NCBI GenBank assembly: GCA_905192805.1
Contig: CAJJMF010000001.1
Coordinates: 1-39,569, forward strand
Reading direction: 5' to 3'
Origin: an uncultured Sutterella sp.
GTDB taxonomy: Bacteria > Pseudomonadota > Gammaproteobacteria > Burkholderiales > Burkholderiaceae_F
Length of the DNA stretch: 39,569 nt
Part shown: positions 10,386 to 18,778 of the stretch, piece by piece
How positions within the stretch are numbered: the stretch's first letter is position 1
Layout of the letters: every line of letters starts with the position of its first letter
The notes under the pieces: generated by a model
Databases searched by the model: none
Seen by the model: the letters and a program-made list of their open reading frames with translations, nothing else
Told to the model about the DNA's origin: nothing
Translations under genes and position numbers: made by a program

Positions 10386-10431
10386 GATTTAGAAACCTTT
10401 TAAATTCTGTTATTGTGAAGGAGTTGCTCAC

Positions 10432-11424
10432 ATGTCACAACCTACCCATCCCCTCACGATTCGCGACATCATCGAACCTGCCATTAAAGCCGCAGGTGGT
10501 TGGGTCAACACCCATGCCCATGCCGATCGTGCCTACACGCTCTCCCCAGATGTGCTCGAAATGCGTCGCACCTGCACCTTGCAGCAAAAATGGGACGCCT
10601 TAGATAGCTTGAAGCGTAATTCCACCGAAGAAGACTTCTACCGCCGTTTCTCGCTCTTTTTCGAAAACCAGATTGCGCAAGGCGTGACTGCGCTCGCGAC
10701 ATTCGTTGACATTGACCCGCAATCCGAAGACCGAGCGATCAAGGCAGGCATTCGCGCTCGCGAACATTATCAAGATCAGTTAACGGTGAAGTTTGCCAAT
10801 CAAACCTTGAAAGGGGTGATTCATCCGGAAGCCCGTAAGTGGTTTGATATCGGTGCGCAGATGGTGGACATCATTGGCGCACTTCCGAAGCGTGACGAAC
10901 GCGACTACGGCAAGGGTGACGAAGCCTTTGACATTATTTTGGGTACGGCCAAAGAATTGGGCAAGATGGTGCACGTTCACGTGGACCAATTTAACGAAAG
11001 TCTCGAATACGAAACCGAACAGCTCTGTGAAAAGACGATCGAACACGGCATGCAGGGTCGTGTGGTGGCTATTCACGGGATTTCGATTGCTGCGCACTCG
11101 CGTGCCTATCGTCAACGCCTCTACGCATTGATGAAGCAAGCCGATGTGATGATGATCGCCTGCCCGACGGCTTGGATTGATACGCCACGTTCGGAAATGA
11201 TTGGTCCGATGCACAACTCCTTGACGCCGGTCGACGAAATGGTTCCCGCTGGGATCACGGTTGCGTTGGGTACCGACAACGTCAGTGACGCTATGGTGCC
11301 TTGGAACGCTGGCGACATGTGGCACGAACTGACCACGCTCGCTACGGGTTGCCGTTTTGACTACTTTGACGAACTCGTTCAGATTGCTACGGTGAACGGC
11401 CGCCGCGCCATTGGTATCCAATAA
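10432..11424 (+). CDS. metal-dependent amidohydrolase, cytosine deaminase (CodA)-like
   Basis: VNTHAHADR (HxH), HVHVDQ, VAIHG, ALGTDNVSD; AAGGAG RBS; substrate not determined. Confidence 0.8.
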   Translation: MSQPTHPLTIRDIIEPAIKAAGGWVNTHAHADRAYTLSPDVLEMRRTCTLQQKWDALDSLKRNSTEEDFYRRFSLFFENQIAQGVTALATFVDIDPQSEDRAIKAGIRAREHYQDQLTVKFANQTLKGVIHPEARKWFDIGAQMVDIIGALPKRDERDYGKGDEAFDIILGTAKELGKMVHVHVDQFNESLEYETEQLCEKTIEHGMQGRVVAIHGISIAAHSRAYRQRLYALMKQADVMMIACPTAWIDTPRSEMIGPMHNSLTPVDEMVPAGITVALGTDNVSDAMVPWNAGDMWHELTTLATGCRFDYFDELVQIATVNGRRAIGIQ

Positions 11425-11446
11425 TTTAGCCCACGAGAGACTTGCG

Positions 11447-12121
11447 ATGTACAAATCTAAACTTGCTGAAAACATTCTTGCTGAACACTTAATCAACATT
11501 GGTGCTGTGTCCTTTTTGACCGACCGCCCGATGCGTTTAAAGTCTGGGCTCATTACCCCGATCTACGTCGACAACCGTACGATCACGGCGCACCCTGAAG
11601 CCTGGCGCGATGTGCTCGAAACCATGGCAACCAAGGTCACCGAATTAGGGATCGAATTTGACCTCGTTGCCGGCGTTGAAGGCGCAGGGGTTTCGCATGC
11701 GGCGGCCTTAGCCTACCGCTTAAATAAGCCGAGCATCTTTGTACGTAACTCCGCAAAAACCTATGGCAACAAGAGCCGTGTCGAAGGCACAAGCGTCGAA
11801 GGTAAGCGCGTTCTGTTGATCGAAGACCATATCTCCACCGGGCTCTCGCTTCTCTCCGCCGTCGAAGGATTGAAAGCCGAAGGGGCGATCGTGACCGACT
11901 GCCTCGCGATCACGAGTTTCGGTATTGACGAAACGCGTCGCCTCTTTGAACGCTTGGACGTGTCTTGCCACGAAATGATTAACTTTACGAAGGTGATCGA
12001 TAAAGCGGTGGAAATGGACAAATTAAGTCCCGAAGATCGCTCCAAACTTAATGATTGGCTCTCGAGTCCCTGGACGTGGGCCGCGCGCCACTCGATCGTC
12101 GCCTTCACAACGGAAAACTAA
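11447..12121 (+). CDS. pyrE: orotate phosphoribosyltransferase
   Basis: LKSGLITPIYVDNR, FVR...K.YG, PRPP motif VLLIEDHISTGLS; start set at ATG 11447. Confidence 0.88.
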   Translation: MYKSKLAENILAEHLINIGAVSFLTDRPMRLKSGLITPIYVDNRTITAHPEAWRDVLETMATKVTELGIEFDLVAGVEGAGVSHAAALAYRLNKPSIFVRNSAKTYGNKSRVEGTSVEGKRVLLIEDHISTGLSLLSAVEGLKAEGAIVTDCLAITSFGIDETRRLFERLDVSCHEMINFTKVIDKAVEMDKLSPEDRSKLNDWLSSPWTWAARHSIVAFTTEN

Positions 12122-12153
12122 GTCTTTTCCGCGAACCTAACCCTTCCCCCTCG

Positions 12154-12189
12154 GAGCCACGCTATGTCTTGTGCATAGGGTGGCTCTTT
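12154..12189 (+). terminator. probable terminator after pyrE
   Basis: GAGCCAC-GCTATG...CATAG-GGTGGCTC-TTT. Confidence 0.6.
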
Positions 12190-12394
12190 CGTTCATTAAG
12201 ACACCGAATTTCTCGACAAAAAGGGGGTACAACAACCCAGAAACCCATGCATAAATTTCGTTGCTTCCGTTTACGCTTTTTCCGCCACAGCCTTTCACTA
12301 AAGTGCTATCGTAAAGCAAACACGTGCCAAGGCCATGGTCTGTCATGACACCTTGACACTCACACAACATCACTCTTAGATAGCGAAGACAAGA

Positions 12395-12928
12395 ATGTTT
12401 AAGAAGACCCTATTATTTACTACGGTTTTAGCGATGGTGGCTACCATGACGGGTTGCGCCATGGAAGACGGTAATCGCTACCGCGCCGACGTCTATTCGG
12501 CCAACACCGTTAACCGCCTCCAGGCTGTCGAAATGGTTGAAATCATCGACATTGAACCCGCACAAGTGGCTGTCCCCGTTTCGGGTGACCGCGATCGTGC
12601 TCAGATGGCGGGGATGATTTTGGGTGCCATTGCGGGGGCAGCCATCGGTAACCATGGCCACCACACGGGTGCCTCGCGCATCATGGGCGGTTTAGCTGGC
12701 GGTGCCTTAGGGAACTTAGCTGGCGGTGTCGTTGGGGACCGTACCGCGAACGAATTTGTTGATGGGGTACAGCTCACCTTCCGCGGTAAAGACGGGCGTC
12801 TTTACCAATCTGCTCAGGTCGGTCAGGTGTGTGAATACCGTTTTGGCCCCGCCCGCTTAGTGGCACCGCAAAATGGCCAAAGCCGTATCCAACCGAATAA
12901 CCCGGGTGGATGCGTCAACACCAAGTAA
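12395..12928 (+). CDS. glycine-zipper outer-membrane lipoprotein (SlyB/Pcp-like)
   Basis: Lipobox MTGC; Gly-zipper GMILGAIAGAAIG...GGLAGGALGNLAG; conserved Y.ADVY and SAQVG..C. Confidence 0.8.
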   Translation: MFKKTLLFTTVLAMVATMTGCAMEDGNRYRADVYSANTVNRLQAVEMVEIIDIEPAQVAVPVSGDRDRAQMAGMILGAIAGAAIGNHGHHTGASRIMGGLAGGALGNLAGGVVGDRTANEFVDGVQLTFRGKDGRLYQSAQVGQVCEYRFGPARLVAPQNGQSRIQPNNPGGCVNTK

Positions 12929-12942
12929 GGAGTACCAAGAGA

Positions 12943-13182
12943 ATGCAAAAAGGGACTTTGCTCGCCGTGAGTCTCATGGCTAGTGTTTTATTGTCAGGAT
13001 GCATTGTCGTTCCTCATGATCATCACAACCATGGGCAACAAGTCAGAGAAGTGCGACGCGTCGAGCGCATTCAGGATAGAGACCATCGCGATGCCATGAA
13101 GTTGCGTCATCAACCGCAACGCAATAATGGTCACCGCGATGAACGGGACGATTCGTATGGTCCTCACTGGTCCTATCGCTAA
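12943..13182 (+). CDS. small His/Arg-rich lipoprotein
   Basis: AAGGAG RBS, ATG 12943, lipobox LSGC then IVVPHDHHNH. Confidence 0.7.
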   Translation: MQKGTLLAVSLMASVLLSGCIVVPHDHHNHGQQVREVRRVERIQDRDHRDAMKLRHQPQRNNGHRDERDDSYGPHWSYR

Positions 13183-13295
13183 AACGGGTTCATACCGTTT
13201 GGATACCGATCCCTGAGTAGCCCGAGAGCGACGATTACCCACACTCGCGTTTTCTCGGATCGTTTCGAATACCTACCCTAAGGAGTAACGCATCA

Positions 13296-13706
13296 ATGAA
13301 AAAAGGGACACTACTGGCAATCACCCTCACGGCCGTTGCACTCATGGCTGGGTGTACCACCAGCCCGCAGGAACGTCGCGAACGTGCCTACCAGCAAATG
13401 CAAGGTCGTCAGCTCGAACGCTTGCAAGAAAGTAGCTACGCGATGGATCAACGCGATATCGCTAAGATTCGTCGCCAACAGGAGCGTGAAGACAAACTCG
13501 AAAGCTATGCGGACCGTCAGCGTGACCTCGAGCAAGAAGTCAAAGAGCTTGAATTGAAGCTCTCAAAGCAAAAGCTCAACCGCTTAAGCGAAGAAGAAAT
13601 CGAACGTACGCGCACCGCTCGCGAACGCGTCCAATTGGAATTGGAACAAATGCGAGCCGAAGCGGAACGCACACGTAAGGGTGAAACGATTAACATCCTA
13701 CGTTAA
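13296..13706 (+). CDS. coiled-coil lipoprotein, hypothetical
   Basis: AAGGAG RBS, lipobox MAGC, E/R/Q-rich helical body. Confidence 0.8.
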   Translation: MKKGTLLAITLTAVALMAGCTTSPQERRERAYQQMQGRQLERLQESSYAMDQRDIAKIRRQQEREDKLESYADRQRDLEQEVKELELKLSKQKLNRLSEEEIERTRTARERVQLELEQMRAEAERTRKGETINILR

Positions 13707-13726
13707 TGCGTCGCGCATCAACAAAC

Positions 13727-13759
13727 TAAGGGGTGGCCACCAAGCCACCCCTTACTTTT
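13727..13759 (+). terminator. intrinsic terminator
   Basis: TAAGGGGTGGC-CACCAA-GCCACCCCTTA-CTTTT, perfect 11-bp stem. Confidence 0.85.
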
Positions 13760-13816
13760 CAATCGTTAGTACCTTGCGTCGTGCGAGGTGAGCACGACAC
13801 CCCTCACGTTAACCTA

Positions 13817-15415
13817 CTACTCAAAGAGTTTATCGATACGTTTGGCTTCCGCCCGTCTCGCCGCATCGGCTTTCACGAGCGCCTCCCACGCGGTCGCAGC
13901 ACTCGTTAACCCATCAATGGGCACATCAAATTCGAGCCGTCCTTCACTCGGCGACACGCTCACACGAGGCATCCAGATGTTGCGAGCGGGCGCCTCTGCG
14001 GTACGGAATTCCCCAGGCGTGCCTGTGGCCACAAAGCGTCGTGCCAACGCCGCTTCCACTGGTTCGAGCGCTTCCGCATTGGCTTGCGTTTTGATAATCA
14101 GGCGGGTTAAGCGATGCGAGTCTGCATCAAACCACGCATCCGACTCTTTTTCTTGCGGTAAACCGAAACAATTCCCTTCGAGAGTAATCACAAAGCCCCC
14201 GTTGGGGAAGACACTCGGTTTCCCGAGGTGACACCCTTCGCGGGATCCCATCGCCAAAACCAATTCATCAACACTGGTGTGCCCAATTAAGAGACCGGAA
14301 AAGCGTGGATAACGGTTTTCTGGGTCGGCATCTAACCAACGACGCGTCTCCCAAGGTTGACGAGCGACAGCACCGTAGAGCAACGTGAGCGTACCATCAG
14401 GATCAGGGGAGAGTTCCAATTCGGCCACCGGATTACGCCAAGCGCTGCCTTCCCCCGACTTCACCCACAAGCCTTGGGGATCCATGTCTTTCACCCGCTT
14501 TTGAATCTCGGTACGAGCGCTCGCTTCTTTATCCTTGGGGATCTGTAAATACATATCCGACACAAGGTTATCGGCCGTATAGCGAATCAAGAGGTAGTTG
14601 ACCCCCAAGCCAAAATCCTCACCCGTGATGGTGTGTCCGGGCCCAAACGGGGCACTCTCATACCAATGGGTCTTACCCTGAAAGCGCGTTTCAATCTCTT
14701 GCTTCGTGGTGACATAGGGCGTAATGCCTAAGAACGCGGGGACGCCTTCAATGTTGGGCACCGTTTTCGGGGCAATTTTCGCTTTCACCTCATCGGTCCA
14801 TTCGCCAGCGTCTTTCACGGCTTGCGTCGGATGACTTTCGTCGACTTCAACACGGCGCCCCGACGCATCCACGGGGATCGCTAACGGCCCTACTTCTGCC
14901 ACCGCTGCACTTTCTGGCTGACGGGGTTGACGTGAAGCGTCGGCGGTTGGGCTGGCTTTAGGGGAGGCACTCGTGGGGGCACCCCCCTCTGAGGACTTGG
15001 TATTGGCGGCTCTCGCTTTCGTGGCCTCGTCTTGAGGCGCTTGCGTCGCGTTTGCCTCCGATGGGGGCGTTTCCTTTTCGGCTTCCCGGGCAATGGCCGC
15101 GATCGGGTCGTCTTGGTTATCCGCACTCTTGGCGTTGTTCGTCGCCGTTGGGCTACTCATCGTGGTGGTATTGGCCACTTGACGGAGCGTTTGCGTATCG
15201 TCTTTCGGAAGGGCGGCACTGGGCGGAACACCCGCCGCGAGCGCTTTCGCAGCTTCCACAGGGTCGACCACATCGGGAACCGCTTCCACATCGGCCGCTT
15301 TAGCACCCTCTGTGGCAGCCCAGACACTTGCCGTCGACAGCATACCTGCCCCCAATAGTGCGCTCACCAATAACGTGAATCCAAACCGTGTAACCGAAGT
15401 CGTCGTATTGTGCAT
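13817..15415 (-). CDS. secreted hypothetical protein with Ala/Pro/Thr-rich linker and a probably duplicated C-terminal domain
   Basis: Start set at ATG 15415, giving a signal peptide ending SVWA; low-complexity stretch; two similar segments PAFLGITPYVTTKQEI and PRFSGLLIGHTSVDEL. Confidence 0.75.
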   Translation of the reverse strand: MHNTTTSVTRFGFTLLVSALLGAGMLSTASVWAATEGAKAADVEAVPDVVDPVEAAKALAAGVPPSAALPKDDTQTLRQVANTTTMSSPTATNNAKSADNQDDPIAAIAREAEKETPPSEANATQAPQDEATKARAANTKSSEGGAPTSASPKASPTADASRQPRQPESAAVAEVGPLAIPVDASGRRVEVDESHPTQAVKDAGEWTDEVKAKIAPKTVPNIEGVPAFLGITPYVTTKQEIETRFQGKTHWYESAPFGPGHTITGEDFGLGVNYLLIRYTADNLVSDMYLQIPKDKEASARTEIQKRVKDMDPQGLWVKSGEGSAWRNPVAELELSPDPDGTLTLLYGAVARQPWETRRWLDADPENRYPRFSGLLIGHTSVDELVLAMGSREGCHLGKPSVFPNGGFVITLEGNCFGLPQEKESDAWFDADSHRLTRLIIKTQANAEALEPVEAALARRFVATGTPGEFRTAEAPARNIWMPRVSVSPSEGRLEFDVPIDGLTSAATAWEALVKADAARRAEAKRIDKLFE

Positions 15416-15735
15416 AATGCCCCAATCCCCAAACGCGCGTAAACAAAAGCGAACTCTTGGTGTTTTCACCAAGGACAATGGGTTCATTCTCGCACACTCG
15501 AAATACCGAAGGCGAGTGGGGGTAGCGTGAAAAAGGTGACGAGCTGTGAGCACAAACGCTTTTCGCAGAGGAGTTTTACGAGCAAACCTCGCTCCCTTTA
15601 CCGTGGGCTTCCTAGGGAAAATCCTAACCCGAAATCAGGGGATTTGGTGGAAAGGCCTGAGATTAGAGCGCCTCGCACGCCTCCAAAAAGCCTACAATGG
15701 GAGTACACACAATTTCTTCATAAAGGAGTTCTGCC

Positions 15736-17859
15736 ATGTCACAGACAAGTGCCTCGACCAGCCAAGTAAAAGAAGTTGACTTGACAGAGCCGCAACTCTA
15801 TACCAACCGAGAAATTAGTTGGCTCGCCTTTGATAAGAAGGTGATGGAAACGGCTGCGGACCCCTCTGTACCTCTTCTGGAACGCCTCAAGTTTTTCTCC
15901 ATTTTCTTCAATAATCTGGACGAGTTCTACATGGTGCGCGTTAAGAACCTGCAACAGCAGGCACGCCGTGGCATCATGTCGACGGCAGCCGACGGACTGA
16001 CCGCTGCCCAACTCTTAAAACAGATTCGCGACATTACGCAAGCCATGCTCGATGAGGCCGAAGCCCTCTGGCATGAGTCGCTCGTGCCTGCGCTCAAAGA
16101 CGCGGGTATCCGCTTTGTTACTTACAGTGACTTGACGGCCAAGGAAAAAGCCCTTGCGGATGATTTTTTTGAACACGAAGTATTTCCTACGTTAACGCCT
16201 CAATCCGTGGACGCAGGGCACCCCTTCCCGCTCATTTCCAACACCAGTATTAACTTTGTGATTGAGCTCTTAGGGACACACCAGTCGGTCACCGGTTTGA
16301 CGCGTTTTGCGCGACTCAAGTGCCCAAATAACCTCCCGCGCTTTTTGTACTTCGATCGCCAAGGCAATAACCCCGTCTTACATACGCATCCCGATGGGGA
16401 ACGTATTTTGTGCTTAGAAGATTTGATTGCGGCGCGCTTGGATCGTCTCTTCCCGGGCTATGCGATTAAATCCTCGGGACTTTTCCGCATTATTCGTAAC
16501 ACCGACGGGGAAATCGAAGAAGACGAAGCCGATGACTTGCTTGCCGCCGTGCGCGACTATGTCGAACAGCGCCGTTTCGGTTCCGTCGTTCGCTTACAGA
16601 TCGAATACGGCATGAGCCGTCGCTTGCAGGAATTCTTGATTAAGAATCTCAATGTGACGCAAACGCAGATTATGCGCACGAAGTTGCCTTTCAGTATGAG
16701 CGACTTTATTCAGGTCTCAGGACTTGAACGGCCGGATCTGAAGTATCCGCCCGCCCCCGCTCGTTTGCCTGTTCCCTTCCAGCCCGATGGAAACCTCTTT
16801 GAAACGCTTTTGAAAGAGGACTTACTGCTCTACCATCCCTATGAATCCTTTGATGGCGTGGTGGAATTCTTGCAACGCGCTGCCCGTGATCCCAACGTCG
16901 TTGCCATTAAGCAGACGCTCTATCGTTGTGGCTCCAATTCACCCATCGTCCAAGCCTTACTGGATGCGCGTCGTCGTGGCAAGCAAGTGACGGCCGTGGT
17001 GGAACTCAAGGCGCGTTTTGACGAAGAACGTAACATTAACTGGGCCGAAAACTTAGAAGCGGCGGGGGTGAATGTGGTCTACGGGTTCCCGAACCTCAAG
17101 ATCCACGCCAAATTGGCGCTCGTGATCCGCCGTGGCGAAAAGAGTCTTGAGCGCTTTGTCCACATTGGGACCGGGAACTACAATGCCGGCTCGGCAAAGA
17201 TCTATACCGACTTAGGGCTCTTTACGAGCAATAAGGCGATTTGTGATGACGTGCAAGAACTCTTCAACGTGATCACGGGTTGCGGTGTGGTGGATCATTA
17301 CCGCAGTCTCTGGGTCTCGCCCGTCAATATGCGCGACAACATGATTAAGGCGATTGACGCCGAAATTGAAAGCCATAAGGCCCATGGTAATGGCTACATT
17401 CTCTTTAAGTTGAACCAACTCGTCGACCCGAAGGTCATCCGTGCGCTCTACCGTGCGAGCCAGGCGGGAGTGAAAGTGGATTGCGTCATCCGTGGGATTT
17501 GCTGCTTGCGTCCGGGGATTGCGGGGGTATCCGAGAACATCTCGGTACGCTCCATCGTCGGTCGCTACCTCGAGCATGCCCGTGTGTACTGCTTTGCCAA
17601 TAATGGCGATATGAAGATGTACATGGGCAGTGCTGACATGATGCCGCGTAACCTCAATGGCCGTATCGAAACCGTCACGCCCATCAACAGTGAAGCGTTA
17701 CGTGAACGTATCCTGCACGACATTCTGGAACCGCAGTTAGCCGATAACGTTAACGCTTGGCTCCTGAAGTCGGACGGGACCTATGACCGTATCACACGTA
17801 AACCCGAGGAAGCCATTTACTCGAGTCAAGATGTGATTCGCGAATTACTGCTTCCCTAA
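15736..17859 (+). CDS. ppk1: polyphosphate kinase 1
   Basis: NREISWLAF, NLDEFYMVRV, HPYESF, ELKARFDEE, KIHAK, GTGNYN, RYLEHAR, SADMMPRNL. Confidence 0.97.
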   Translation: MSQTSASTSQVKEVDLTEPQLYTNREISWLAFDKKVMETAADPSVPLLERLKFFSIFFNNLDEFYMVRVKNLQQQARRGIMSTAADGLTAAQLLKQIRDITQAMLDEAEALWHESLVPALKDAGIRFVTYSDLTAKEKALADDFFEHEVFPTLTPQSVDAGHPFPLISNTSINFVIELLGTHQSVTGLTRFARLKCPNNLPRFLYFDRQGNNPVLHTHPDGERILCLEDLIAARLDRLFPGYAIKSSGLFRIIRNTDGEIEEDEADDLLAAVRDYVEQRRFGSVVRLQIEYGMSRRLQEFLIKNLNVTQTQIMRTKLPFSMSDFIQVSGLERPDLKYPPAPARLPVPFQPDGNLFETLLKEDLLLYHPYESFDGVVEFLQRAARDPNVVAIKQTLYRCGSNSPIVQALLDARRRGKQVTAVVELKARFDEERNINWAENLEAAGVNVVYGFPNLKIHAKLALVIRRGEKSLERFVHIGTGNYNAGSAKIYTDLGLFTSNKAICDDVQELFNVITGCGVVDHYRSLWVSPVNMRDNMIKAIDAEIESHKAHGNGYILFKLNQLVDPKVIRALYRASQAGVKVDCVIRGICCLRPGIAGVSENISVRSIVGRYLEHARVYCFANNGDMKMYMGSADMMPRNLNGRIETVTPINSEALRERILHDILEPQLADNVNAWLLKSDGTYDRITRKPEEAIYSSQDVIRELLLP

Positions 17860-17914
17860 GCGTATCGCTTCGAGAACGGGACGTTGCTCACTTCGGGCAA
17901 CGCCCCCATAGCAC

Positions 17915-17953
17915 AACACCCAGTCAAACGCACTTGGTTTAACTGGGTGTTTT
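17915..17953. terminator. terminator between convergent ppk1 and the response regulator
   Basis: AACACCCAGT...ACTGGGTGTTTT. Confidence 0.75.
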
Positions 17954-17976
17954 CGTTTCTTGGGATTGGGTGCCGA

Positions 17977-18654
17977 TTAGGGAATATCGAGTTTAAAGCC
18001 CGCACGGCGTGCTGCTAAGAGCGCCTCGGTACGGTTTGAGGCCCCCAGTGCACGGTAAATCGCCTGCACATGGGTTTTCACCGTTCCTTCCGATAAGTTC
18101 AAATCCAAACAGATCCGCTTAATCGGGGTCCCTTTGGCTAATTGCATCAGCACGTCTTTTTGACGTTCCGTTAAATGCACTTCGGGAGTAGCGGGTTTAA
18201 TGTTTTGTGTCGTCTCCATGAAGAGCCCTTCGCGTTGCCCTTCACTTAAGAGTTTCGTCGGAATAAATACGCCCCCATTCAACACAAAATCGATGGCAGT
18301 CGTCAACATATCGGAGTCAAAACTCTTGGGAACAAAACCCGCGGCCCCTAATTGCAGCACACGCATAATACTGTGGCGATCCGTTGACCCCGAGAGGACC
18401 AGAATCTTCAGGGTAGGCTGCATCTCCACGATTTTTTCCATCAATTCTGTCCCTTTGACGCCCGGGAGTCCCAAGTCCAGAATCAACAAATCCGCGTCCT
18501 CGCCATGGGTTTGCACCAAGGCTAAGGCATCGGGGGCATTACCCGCTTTATAGATCTCGGCCTGCGGATCTTTATCTTCCAGTAACATCGAAACCGCGGA
18601 TGTCACCAGGGCATGATCGTCGACGATCAAATATTTCACAGTATGAACCTCCAT
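17977..18654 (-). CDS. NarL/FixJ-family response regulator (REC + LuxR HTH)
   Basis: IVDDH, ILDLGLP, VLSG, FVPK; LTERQKDVL...LSEGTVKTHV. Confidence 0.95.
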   Translation of the reverse strand: MEVHTVKYLIVDDHALVTSAVSMLLEDKDPQAEIYKAGNAPDALALVQTHGEDADLLILDLGLPGVKGTELMEKIVEMQPTLKILVLSGSTDRHSIMRVLQLGAAGFVPKSFDSDMLTTAIDFVLNGGVFIPTKLLSEGQREGLFMETTQNIKPATPEVHLTERQKDVLMQLAKGTPIKRICLDLNLSEGTVKTHVQAIYRALGASNRTEALLAARRAGFKLDIP

Positions 18655-18778
18655 ATCGTCACGGCTCAGAACGTGGGGAGCGCTACGGAGCGCTGGGGAT
18701 AGCCCCCGTCATCAGAGTCGCGTTCGAATCCTTTGCGCTCATTGTAGGCGTCTTAGGGCGAACTCTCAAGAGTGAGCA

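Noticed and set aside
10780..11553. 257 aa antisense ORF
   Set aside because: Shadow of the deaminase and pyrE genes; no motifs or RBS
12341..12380. TGTCATGACA palindrome next to TTGACA upstream of the lipoproteins
   Set aside because: No convincing -10 at 17 nt spacing and only one copy; too weak to call
15416..15553. Upstream extensions in the ORF track (also for trpE, M20, pyrE, DUF805, YheO, GNAT, rnhB, lpxB)
   Set aside because: Downstream ATGs fit RBS position, signal peptides or family N-termini better
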